Shown here: in pieces, positions 50,705 through 59,076 of the stretch
How positions within the stretch are numbered: position 1 is the first letter of the stretch
Layout of the letters: every line of letters starts with the position of its first letter
Assembly (NCBI GenBank): GCA_043818055.1
Contig: JBDRGF010000159.1
Span: 17,623 to 81,622 of the forward strand
Origin: Pseudomonadota bacterium
GTDB taxonomy: Bacteria; UBA10199; 2-02-FULL-44-16; JBDRGF01
Length of the DNA stretch: 64,000 bases
Direction: 5' to 3'
Position numbers and translations under genes: made by a program
The notes under the pieces: generated by a model
Told to the model about the DNA's origin: nothing
The model's input: only the letters and a program-made list of their open reading frames with translations
Databases searched by the model: none

Positions 50705-51242
50705 CCATCGCCAAACCGTTATTCCAGATCAACAGCAACCCCTCTTCTTTCAACCAGTCGTCCATCTTAGAAAATTCAGAGCTCGACAACAAAAGGGTGC
50801 GTATCTTCTTTTTCACCATGCCCTCAACTTTTGTGATGATCCCCTCAAGCTTACCCTTATCGACATCGCCTACGAGCAAAAGATCTAGAACAGCTGTCTC
50901 AGAGCCCTTCGCCAACGCACCCATCAGATAAGCGCTTTCCACGTTTCCGATCTCACTGACAATTTCGTGAAGCTTATCGATGCCGACCACCTTCTTTGAC
51001 ATGCTGTTGATTTCTGGGAAGAGTGGGTGCTCAGTATTTGCACAATAGTAAACATTCCTTCCCCGTTTTTCGGAGACGAGGAGAGAGGCCTTTTCTAATC
51101 TATTGAGTTCGACGCGAATTGAATTTGAGGAGCAATGAAACTCATCGGAGAGTTCGCGCAAATATGCCTTGGTCTTTGGATTTACAAAAAAGCGAATTAA
51201 CAACTTGATTCGCGCTTCCGATGTGATAATAGAGTCCAACAT
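50694..51242 (-). CDS. Winged-helix transcriptional regulator with C-terminal domain
   Basis: KAYLRELSDEFHCSSNSIRVELNRLEKASLLVSEKRGRNVYY is a wHTH motif. 11-nt overlap with the NusG-like gene. Confidence 0.5.
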   Translation of the reverse strand: MLDSIITSEARIKLLIRFFVNPKTKAYLRELSDEFHCSSNSIRVELNRLEKASLLVSEKRGRNVYYCANTEHPLFPEINSMSKKVVGIDKLHEIVSEIGNVESAYLMGALAKGSETAVLDLLLVGDVDKGKLEGIITKVEGMVKKKIRTLLLSSSEFSKMDDWLKEEGLLLIWNNGLAMGGA

Positions 51243-51405
51243 CTTGTGATGATTTCTCCCCTACCTTTTTAGACGATCAATTTAATCAATCGAAGCCATT
51301 GCGTTGCAATATGAGTAAAAATGTTGCTCATAATTATCATCTCTCACATACTTGTCAACCCGCTAAAGAACGATAATTGTAACGATTTGTTTTTTAATGA
51401 TTAAA

Positions 51406-52737
51406 TCATCCCACAGAATGAACAATGAATCCATGTTCATATAAATGAGACTTTTCATAGAGGTTTCTGCCATCAAAGATGATAGGGTCCGTCTTCATCA
51501 GGGATTTGATTTTAGAAAAATCGGGACTCCTGAATTCACGCCACTCGGTACAAACTATCAATGCATCGGCATTTGTCAGACATGCATATGCATCATCATT
51601 CCACATCACACTGTTTGCAATCTGTCCAAGGGCTTCCTGGGAACTTGCAATAGCAACTGGATCAAACGCATTGACCAAAGCCCCATGTGCTACTAACTTT
51701 TCTATCAAATATAACGAAGGTGCAAACCTCACATCGTCAGTATTTGCCTTGAAGGCCAAACCCCAAACTCCGAAAGTCTTTCCCTCGAGACCTCCCCTGT
51801 CATTAAAATGCTTAACGATCTTATTCCAATACCATTCCCTGTGATAATCATTGGCACGGTCTGCAGCCTCGACGATTGTTATAGGATGATCGTGTTCCCT
51901 GCCAAGCTGGACGAGCGCTTTGGTATCCTTTGGAAAACATGAGCCTCCGTAGCCAAGCCCGGCGTACAGAAAATCAGGACCGACCCGGGGGTCGCTTCCC
52001 AGCCCGCGTCTCACATGATTGATATCGGCACCTATCTTCTCGCAAAGGCGCGCCATCTCGTTCATAAAGGAGATGCGAGTGGCGAGCATCGCGTTGGCGG
52101 CGTATTTGGAAAGCTCTGATGAAGGGATGTCCATCTTTAAGAAACGATCCGATCTGCGCATGAAAGGGGAATAGAGTTCGTGCAATATCTGGCCAACACT
52201 CTCCTTCTCCATACCGACTATCACGCGATGAGGCTTCATGAAATCGCTGACTGCGTCTCCCTCTTTGAGAAATTCAGGATTCGAAGCGACATCTACGAGA
52301 TGTGGATCGAAGCCCCTCCTTATCAGTTTTTCCTCGATGACCTTTTTTACACGATATGTTGTTCCTACGGGGACTGTGCTCTTTGTCACAACCACGATGG
52401 GAGATGTGATGATGCTTCCTATCTCATCGGCAACTGCCAGGACATTTGTAAGATCCGCCTTGCCATCCTCCATGGGAGGGGTATCCACTGTGATAAAGCA
52501 GATCGTTGCATCTTTCAATCCGTTGCTGAGTTTGTTGACAAAGAAGAGGCGATTTTCTTCGATATTTCTGCTGACCACCTCTTTTAGACCGGGCTCAAAG
52601 ATGGGAATTTCTGAGCGTTTGAGTTTTTCAATTTTATCCAGATTTTTATCTACGCATGTGACGACGTTTCCGGCATCGGCAAAGCATGCCCCGGTGACGA
52701 GCCCCACATAACCTGTTCCAACGACACAGAGTTTCAC
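51406..52737 (-). CDS. ugd: UDP-glucose 6-dehydrogenase
   Basis: MKLCVVGTGYVGLVTGACFA...GGSCFPKD catalytic Cys region. UDPGDH family. 443 aa. Confidence 0.85.
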   Translation of the reverse strand: MKLCVVGTGYVGLVTGACFADAGNVVTCVDKNLDKIEKLKRSEIPIFEPGLKEVVSRNIEENRLFFVNKLSNGLKDATICFITVDTPPMEDGKADLTNVLAVADEIGSIITSPIVVVTKSTVPVGTTYRVKKVIEEKLIRRGFDPHLVDVASNPEFLKEGDAVSDFMKPHRVIVGMEKESVGQILHELYSPFMRRSDRFLKMDIPSSELSKYAANAMLATRISFMNEMARLCEKIGADINHVRRGLGSDPRVGPDFLYAGLGYGGSCFPKDTKALVQLGREHDHPITIVEAADRANDYHREWYWNKIVKHFNDRGGLEGKTFGVWGLAFKANTDDVRFAPSLYLIEKLVAHGALVNAFDPVAIASSQEALGQIANSVMWNDDAYACLTNADALIVCTEWREFRSPDFSKIKSLMKTDPIIFDGRNLYEKSHLYEHGFIVHSVG

Positions 52738-52767
52738 TTTGCCTCCATATAAAAATACTGCCCTCAG

Positions 52768-52840
<73 letters not shown>

Positions 52841-53047
52841 ACTGAAAGCAGTTTTTAAAAACATCAAACTGAGTTCGCTTAGCTAGCTAATATGTGAAAA
52901 AAGATCAAGGGTTTAATCTCATGTTTGGGATATTTTAGCATCGGCATCACATAAACTGTTTATTTTTATTCCCACTTGATATCTGGCTGGAATTATGCTG
53001 AATTAAGCATCAGAAGCCCTTTTTAAGGGAACAAATTAGGAGGCAAC

Positions 53048-54796
53048 ATGAAGAAAAAATCCCTATCAAACCTTGTGACCTTTATCCTCATCATGTCATT
53101 TCTTATAAGTTGTTCAGGAGGAACGAGTTCACAGGGAGGAGTAGATAATTCGGCATCGGTTGCAGATGATAGCCTTGTTGGAGTTTGGACGCAAAACACG
53201 AGTGACGCAAACGCTCTAAAAACGATGACTCTTACAAAAACGAACGTCACCAACAGCCTTAGCATGGATGGGAATATGGGGAATAACACACAAGTGAAAG
53301 GGGTAATGGTTGTAATCCCATCCTCCACTGCAAAAGCTGCTGCCGACGCTGAAACTGCAACAGCAATCTTGAGTTTCTATGATACAGGAACAAACGGCGC
53401 TATCCTAGATGTTACCATCAAAGGCGCGATCTCCTTATCTGCCGACTGCAAAACACTTACGATAGATGACAGCCAGAACAACACTACAACTACATTCACC
53501 AGCACCAAGACATCCTGCTCGGACACCGGGACAGTAACACAGCCTACAACACCCGGCGCACAGCCCGCCAACTGCATCAATAGCGATATCCCAGCAAAGA
53601 TAAATTGGGCAAGACAGATAGGTTCAACAAATACCGATTTTGCCACTAGCATTTGTATGGATAAAACCGGAAATGTTTACATGGCCGGACATACCCTGGG
53701 CAGTTTGGACAACAACCAAAACGCGGGGGGGGCCGATATTTTTCTCGTAAAACACGACTCCTCGGGAAATAAAATATGGCTTCGGCAGATTGGAACAGCA
53801 TCAAAGGACCTTGCTGCTGGGGTTGCTGCCGACTTGAATGAGAATATCTATATGACGGGATATACCCAAGGGGGTTTGGATAATAATCAAAATGCCGGTG
53901 ATTATGACATCTTTGTCATGAAGTTCGATGCCTTGGGGAACAAGCTCTGGACGCGCCAGATGGGCACTAATGCGTATGATGCCTCATCCTCAATAGCGGT
54001 GGATAGCAGCGGAAATGTGTATATTGCCGGCAAAACGAATGGAGCTTTGGATGGACAGAAACATTCAGGGCTCAGGGATATCTTTCTTATCAAGCTGGAT
54101 TCGTCAGGCAACAAGCTCTGGACACGCCTGTCGGGAACCGCTGCAAACGATGAAGCCACCGGTGTCGCTGTGGATAGCACCGGGAATGCCTATGTCACCG
54201 GCATGACAGAGGGTGCATTGGATGGCAATCAGCATTCAGGGTTCTCTGATATATTTGTTATGGAGTTCGATCCGTCAGGCAATAAGCTCTGGACGGAACA
54301 GAGGGGAACAGCCCTTAACGATAATACATCGGCCATTGCAGTTGATAGTAGTGGAAACAGCTATGTATGTGGCAGGACGGAGGGTGGGCTGAGTGGCAAT
54401 CAAAATGCTGGATTGACGGATATCTTTCTCATTAAGCTCGATTCAGCGGGAAATGATATCTGGACGAAACAGTTCGGCACAACACAAAATGACAGCGCAT
54501 CAGGGATCGCAACAGATATGAGCAACAATATTTATGTCACAGGCAATACCGATGGAGGTGTGGATAACTATAACAATATGGGATTTTCAGATATTTTTAC
54601 CGCAAAAATAGACCCATCATCTGGAAATCCAGTCTGGATATTTCAAACGGGTTCTCCCGGCGGCGACGAGGCAACTGGAATTACGATTGATTCAGGCGGA
54701 AGTATCTACGTGGCAGGACATACCGACGACGATTTGTATGGTAATAAGAATGCGGGCATAAGAGATGCCTTTGCGATCGCGCTGATTTGCAATTAA
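53048..54796 (+). CDS. Lipoprotein with multiple SBBP beta-propeller repeats
   Basis: Signal peptide plus lipobox (LISC). At least 7 repeats of the ...GNVYxxGxTxGxLDGNQNAGxxDIFLxKxDSSGNKLWTRQxGT type. Confidence 0.7.
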   Translation: MKKKSLSNLVTFILIMSFLISCSGGTSSQGGVDNSASVADDSLVGVWTQNTSDANALKTMTLTKTNVTNSLSMDGNMGNNTQVKGVMVVIPSSTAKAAADAETATAILSFYDTGTNGAILDVTIKGAISLSADCKTLTIDDSQNNTTTTFTSTKTSCSDTGTVTQPTTPGAQPANCINSDIPAKINWARQIGSTNTDFATSICMDKTGNVYMAGHTLGSLDNNQNAGGADIFLVKHDSSGNKIWLRQIGTASKDLAAGVAADLNENIYMTGYTQGGLDNNQNAGDYDIFVMKFDALGNKLWTRQMGTNAYDASSSIAVDSSGNVYIAGKTNGALDGQKHSGLRDIFLIKLDSSGNKLWTRLSGTAANDEATGVAVDSTGNAYVTGMTEGALDGNQHSGFSDIFVMEFDPSGNKLWTEQRGTALNDNTSAIAVDSSGNSYVCGRTEGGLSGNQNAGLTDIFLIKLDSAGNDIWTKQFGTTQNDSASGIATDMSNNIYVTGNTDGGVDNYNNMGFSDIFTAKIDPSSGNPVWIFQTGSPGGDEATGITIDSGGSIYVAGHTDDDLYGNKNAGIRDAFAIALICN

Positions 54797-54813
54797 AAAG
54801 TTTGTGTAAAAAA

Positions 54814-55572
54814 TTATTTTGTAAAATCAACTGTAAATGTGCTGCCGTTACAATTGCCGCAGTTTGCTATCTCAAGTGTAAATTTTGCCTTATCAGAACA
54901 TCCAACGCTACCCTGTGAGTTTTTAGCTAATACCAAATTGCAATTCCGCGTGTTATTCGTCCATGTACCTCCTGTTGTAGCGTTATCGTTCATCGTAAAT
55001 ATAACCCCACCTGCTATGTAGCGGTTTTGCTCACACTTTCCATCTTGATATTGACCGGCTGTATCTGCAGGCAGGTTGTAGCCCGAACAATCCAGAAGTT
55101 CAGTGAACATCCACCTTATTTTTGCAGAGTTTGGAGTCGTCTCGGCCGGAGGAGGCTCAGTAGAGGTTTCAGGCGACGTCTCTTTGTTGGATTCTTCCGG
55201 AGCAGTTTCATTCGCGGGTTCGGTTTCTCTTGCGGGTTCGTCTGGGCCGCCGTCGCGGGGGGCTCTTTCCTCCGCAACTATCTCAGGTGATTTCTCCTGT
55301 GGTTTCTCAGATGTCTTATCAACGGGCTTTTCAGCAGGTGGTGTGTCGGGCATCTTCTCTGTGCCGCCATCTTTTGGAGTCTCCTCGTATGGTTTCCCCT
55401 CTTTGATTTTTTCCAGCTGTTTGGCGCTTTTGCAATAATCCTCTAACTTCTTGCTACTATCCTTATCGACTTTGACCTTTTCCCCTTTGCACTCCACGTA
55501 GGTGTCTTTTCCCGCACAGCCTTTGAGCAACAGGGCCAGAGTCCCTAATCCCAATACAATCAACGGAACCAT
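54814..55572 (-). CDS. Putative lipoprotein with Pro/Glu-rich linker and Cys-rich C-terminal domain
   Basis: MVPLIVLGLGTLALLLKGC lipobox. Low-complexity PE-rich middle region. Confidence 0.45.
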   Translation of the reverse strand: MVPLIVLGLGTLALLLKGCAGKDTYVECKGEKVKVDKDSSKKLEDYCKSAKQLEKIKEGKPYEETPKDGGTEKMPDTPPAEKPVDKTSEKPQEKSPEIVAEERAPRDGGPDEPARETEPANETAPEESNKETSPETSTEPPPAETTPNSAKIRWMFTELLDCSGYNLPADTAGQYQDGKCEQNRYIAGGVIFTMNDNATTGGTWTNNTRNCNLVLAKNSQGSVGCSDKAKFTLEIANCGNCNGSTFTVDFTK

Positions 55573-55695
55573 AATTTCCTCCTTGCCGCATTGAAGTGCT
55601 ATCTGCAGAGAAAGTCAAGAGAATATATCGCCAAAAGCTCTATTTTCAACGTTTTGCGAGCAATAAAAAAATGCCCAATTAACAATACCAAAATT

Positions 55696-55828
55696 CAATA
55701 TCCAATATCCAATATCCAATATCCAATATCCAATATCCAATATCCAATATCCAATATCCAATATCCAATATCCAATATTCAGTTAACAATATCCAATATC
55801 CAATATTCAATACACAATACTCAATTAA
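55696..55828. repeat. (CAATATC)n heptanucleotide microsatellite, about 12 near-perfect plus about 7 degenerate units, in a divergent promoter region
   Basis: caatatccaatatccaatatcc... seen directly in the sequence. Between the minus gene start at 55572 and the plus gene start at 55866. Confidence 0.9.
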
Positions 55829-55865
55829 TGTTGAATAATTATCGACAAGAATATAGATTGTAGCG

Positions 55866-56378
55866 ATGTTATCGAAAACTATCATTCTATTCTTAATCAC
55901 GCTCCTGCCCTTTTTGGAGCTGAGAGCTTCGATACCATTTGGAATCTTATCCGGCACCGTTGCTATGCCTTTGGGGTTTCACGCTACAGGGCTTGATCTC
56001 AGCTGGCCGATCGTCTTTGCCATCTGTGTGGTTTCCAATATGGTGCTTGGTATTATACTGTATCCGGTCATCCATCATCTTATTCTTCTTTTGGAGAAGA
56101 TTCCTTTATTCGGGAAATTTTGGAAACGCCGCGTTGAAAAGACTCAAAGAAAAATCCACCAATATGTCGAGAGATGGGGGATGATCGGGGTTGCCCTGTT
56201 CATCGCCGTGCCGCTCCCCGGCAGTGGGTCATATAGCGGTGCAATCGGTGCTTATCTGATAGGCATGAGCTACAGGCGATTTATACTCGCCAATTGCATC
56301 GGCGTTACGATCGCGGGGATACTGGTGACGCTCGCAACGATGACTGGCAAAGGAATTTGGGCATTTTTCTCTAGCTGA
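55866..56378 (+). CDS. Small multidrug-export-like (COG2426/Sm_multidrug_ex) membrane protein
   Basis: LELRASIPFGI motif and 4 TM segments. 170 aa. Confidence 0.45.
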   Translation: MLSKTIILFLITLLPFLELRASIPFGILSGTVAMPLGFHATGLDLSWPIVFAICVVSNMVLGIILYPVIHHLILLLEKIPLFGKFWKRRVEKTQRKIHQYVERWGMIGVALFIAVPLPGSGSYSGAIGAYLIGMSYRRFILANCIGVTIAGILVTLATMTGKGIWAFFSS

Positions 56379-56404
56379 GAGCTAAAAACCTGCCCGAAAG
56401 TAGT

Positions 56405-56437
56405 AACGCGGGCGGGTTTAAAACCCGCCCCTACAAA
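56405..56437. terminator. REP-like hairpin, probable bidirectional terminator between convergent genes
   Basis: gcgggcgggtttaaaacccgcccctacaaaaag. Confidence 0.55.
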
Positions 56438-56442
56438 AAGAG

Positions 56443-57006
56443 TTAATCTTTGAGCGATGGGCATTTGCAACCCTGTTTACCCACTGACTTGACCTTTTTT
56501 TCGATGATGTTCATCTCGTCGGAGCCGCTTAAAATTAGAGGGAAAAATTCGGCTTTATCATCCTGTGCCCACTTTAGATTTTCATTCTCCCACCGGGCTA
56601 CCATCTGCCGCGATTCACCCTCATCGATCACAAATACAAGGTCTCTCTTATAATCGAAGTCCTTTGAGATAAGGGGCGCGTAGGTTTTGAGCCTCTTTGC
56701 CAGAAAGTTCACATAGACAGAAAAATAGCGCTTCAGGAAGCGATTCAGACGCGCCCTCTCCTGGGGCAGATATTTATCCAGCAACGTCACTTCAACCTCT
56801 ATCATGTTCTTATCCGTTACCCTCGGGGCAAAGGCCAGCAGGCATGAAGTGAGGTAGAGGCTGGTGATATCAAGTTGCAATTGCAACGCCTGTTTTTGAG
56901 TGAACGGCGCCGACTTGTTCAAATCGCCGCTTTTTAAACTGGCAAAGGCCTGTGATGTCGAAAACAAGAGAACTACGACGATCAAGCATGCGGAAAACCT
57001 TTTCAT
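56443..57006 (-). CDS. Secreted hypothetical protein
   Basis: N-terminal signal peptide MKRFSACLIVVVLLFSTSQAFA. No recognised domain. Confidence 0.45.
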   Translation of the reverse strand: MKRFSACLIVVVLLFSTSQAFASLKSGDLNKSAPFTQKQALQLQLDITSLYLTSCLLAFAPRVTDKNMIEVEVTLLDKYLPQERARLNRFLKRYFSVYVNFLAKRLKTYAPLISKDFDYKRDLVFVIDEGESRQMVARWENENLKWAQDDKAEFFPLILSGSDEMNIIEKKVKSVGKQGCKCPSLKD

Positions 57007-57103
57007 ATAACACCTCCAAGTAAGCTTGATGAACCAGTTTTATGCGATTGTCAACTCTCTAGGAAAAAGTGTAGGAGTGTAGAAGTGTAGGAGTGTTTAA
57101 GTT

Positions 57104-57760
57104 ATGATGATATGTGGATTGATATTGGCTGCGGGGGTGTCATCTAGGATGGGGGCTTGCAAGGCGCTGCTCTCACTTCGTGATGGAAGCACGCTTTTGT
57201 CTGCGCAATATAACCTGCTCAAAAATGCAGGGTGCGAGAGTATAGCGGTCGTAGTAGGAGCAAATAATAAAGATATCGTAAAGGCGCATGAGGATCTGGA
57301 TGTCATCTGGGTTGAAAATGAGCAATGGGAGTTGGGGCAGTTTTCATCTTTGCAATGTGGTTTGGATAAATTGCTAAAACTATCACCCCCTCCCCATCCC
57401 TCCCCCCTCAAGGGGGAGGGGCTAAATGTGGTGATCCTCCCCATCGATACTGTCGGGGTGGAGGGTAAAACGGTTGAAATTCTCATAAGCGAAGCTCAAC
57501 AGGATGAAAACTATGATGCTTATGTGCCAGAATATGCTGGTAGAGGTGGACATCCCATACTCATCACAAAAAAAATTATAACCCGCAGTCTTGATTTAGA
57601 CCCTAAAAATGAGAGGGCCAGACTCGATTTCATCATCTCTGAGGCTCACCATAGGATGGTCCCTGTCGATGACAAAGGTATAAGAAATAACATCAACACG
57701 AGAAGCCAATGGAGAAATTATATTTCCCAATCACAAGAGATCTTTCAGATAATCAGATAG
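57104..57760 (+). CDS. mocA: MobA-like NTP transferase, probable molybdenum cofactor cytidylyltransferase
   Basis: GLILAAGVSSRMGACKALL matches the MobA/MocA family. Adjacent to an XDH-family operon. Contains an unusual GC-rich palindromic in-frame insert. Confidence 0.65.
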   Translation: MMICGLILAAGVSSRMGACKALLSLRDGSTLLSAQYNLLKNAGCESIAVVVGANNKDIVKAHEDLDVIWVENEQWELGQFSSLQCGLDKLLKLSPPPHPSPLKGEGLNVVILPIDTVGVEGKTVEILISEAQQDENYDAYVPEYAGRGGHPILITKKIITRSLDLDPKNERARLDFIISEAHHRMVPVDDKGIRNNINTRSQWRNYISQSQEIFQIIR

Positions 57761-58570
57761 TATGTTAGCAGAGACAAAGCTCCTGTAGGCGGCGGTCGAT
57801 CTGATATCATCGATCGATTTCCATTCATTCTTCAGTGACTCTTTAGCTTGATCAATCAAATCTTCACTTAGCAACTCTCCTTCAAGAAGCTTCACTGTTT
57901 TAGGCGCCGTCACAACAGTCGGCCCCATGCTTGCGGCTGCTATCGAGATCGATTCGATAACGCCTTTTTTTACAATCGACCCAACGCAGAGAGCAGCCTT
58001 TGATATCGTCTGCGCCTTTCGTGTTCCTATCTTATAGAACTTCGCATTCATTCCATTTTGAGGAGTGGGAAGTTTTAATCTTGTGATGATCTCGTCCGGT
58101 TTTAGATTCAATTTTTTATACCCTTCAAAAAGATCGACGAGTTTGATAAGGCGAGAGCCTCTAAGACTTTTAAGTTCTAATTCACAATTGTAAACTACAA
58201 GGACAGGAGGGGTATCCCCCGCAGGACTTGCGTTTGCGACGTTTCCACCGATCGTTCCGCGACTTTGTATCTGCTTGGCGCCGATGGTCGAACATGCGTG
58301 CGATAGAGTAGAAAAATGTTTTTTGATCAAAGCATCCTCTTTGATCATCGCATGGGTAACGAGCGCCCCTATATAAACATCTTCCCCCTCTTCAGATATG
58401 CCGCTCAATTCAGAGAGGGCTGATATATCTATGACGCCCTTCAAATCGATGGCGCCGCTTTTCCATTGGACGATGAGATCCGTCCCTCCGGCGAGGAGTG
58501 GAAAGCGGGTCGATTCGTCGAATAGATATCGAAGCGCTTCGTCCAATGTTGTTGGTTTGAGATATTTCAA
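57731..58570 (-). CDS. Xanthine dehydrogenase family FAD-binding (medium) subunit; proposed TTG start
   Basis: FAD_binding_5-like LLAGGTDLIVQWK...GTIGGNVANASPAGD. Track ORF 57731..58906 has a spurious N-terminal 112 aa overlapping the 2Fe-2S gene. TTG at 58570 forms TTGA with the upstream stop. Confidence 0.7.
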   Translation of the reverse strand: MKYLKPTTLDEALRYLFDESTRFPLLAGGTDLIVQWKSGAIDLKGVIDISALSELSGISEEGEDVYIGALVTHAMIKEDALIKKHFSTLSHACSTIGAKQIQSRGTIGGNVANASPAGDTPPVLVVYNCELELKSLRGSRLIKLVDLFEGYKKLNLKPDEIITRLKLPTPQNGMNAKFYKIGTRKAQTISKAALCVGSIVKKGVIESISIAAASMGPTVVTAPKTVKLLEGELLSEDLIDQAKESLKNEWKSIDDIRSTAAYRSFVSANILSDYLKDLL

Positions 58571-59040
58571 CTTTTCATTTCCCTTGCGGCGTTTTCTATT
58601 GCGTCTATTATTTTCACATATCCGGTGCAGCGGCAGAGATTGCCTGAGATCGCTTCTGTGATCTCCTCGCGCGTCGGTCTTTTGTTCTTTCTCAAAAGGG
58701 ATTCGGCCGCCATCATCATGCCGGGCGAGCAGATCCCGCACTGCATAGCGCCACCTGAGACGAAGTGTTTTTGTAGCACTGAAAACTTTTTTCCTTGTGA
58801 TAAACCCTCTATCGTCTCCACATGATCGCCATCCTTCAGCTGGCCTAAAAGTATCAGGCATGAATTCACAACTTCGCCATTTAGCAGGACTGAGCAGGCG
58901 CCACACTCACCCTCTCCGCACCCCTCCTTCGTCCCAGTTAAATGAAGTTTTTCACGCAACAGATCGAGTACTCGGGAGTGAGGTTCGGCTTGAATCATCG
59001 TGTCTTTTCCGTTTAATTTTATTTTTATTTCTATCATCAT
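58567..59040 (-). CDS. [2Fe-2S]-binding small subunit of the XDH/aldehyde oxidoreductase family
   Basis: GCGEGECGACSV and CGICSPG...CRCTGY two-cluster motifs. Start taken at MMIEIK so that the REP hairpin is intergenic. Confidence 0.8.
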   Translation of the reverse strand: MMIEIKIKLNGKDTMIQAEPHSRVLDLLREKLHLTGTKEGCGEGECGACSVLLNGEVVNSCLILLGQLKDGDHVETIEGLSQGKKFSVLQKHFVSGGAMQCGICSPGMMMAAESLLRKNKRPTREEITEAISGNLCRCTGYVKIIDAIENAAREMKS

Positions 59041-59048
59041 ACGCCCTC

Positions 59049-59076
59049 GGGCAGACACAGGGGTCTGCCCCTACAT
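59049..59076. repeat. REP-like hairpin between Mo-enzyme subunit genes
   Basis: gggcagacacaggggtctgcccctacatc. Confidence 0.6.

Noticed and set aside
53023-54180. Minus-strand ORFs 53023..53328, 53377..53652, 53902..54180
   Set aside because: Antisense within the SBBP lipoprotein gene. No domains. Typical shadow ORFs.
55027-55438. Plus-strand ORFs inside 54814..55572
   Set aside because: Antisense to the lipoprotein gene. Arg/Gly-rich shadow ORFs produced by the PE-rich coding strand.
55591-55863. Plus-strand ORF of 90 aa (…IQYPISNIQYPISN…)
   Set aside because: It is simply the translation of the (CAATATC)n heptamer tract (3 x 7 nt = 7-aa period), so it is not a gene.
57097-57486. 129-aa minus-strand ORF
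   Set aside because: Antisense to the well-supported mocA-like gene. Its only notable feature is the GC palindrome translated in the other direction.
58571-58906. N-terminal 112 aa of track ORF 57731..58906 (MWRLLSPAKWRSCEF…)
   Set aside because: Overlaps the 2Fe-2S subunit gene out of frame. It is Arg/Trp-rich with no homology. The FAD-subunit similarity begins at the TTG at 58570.
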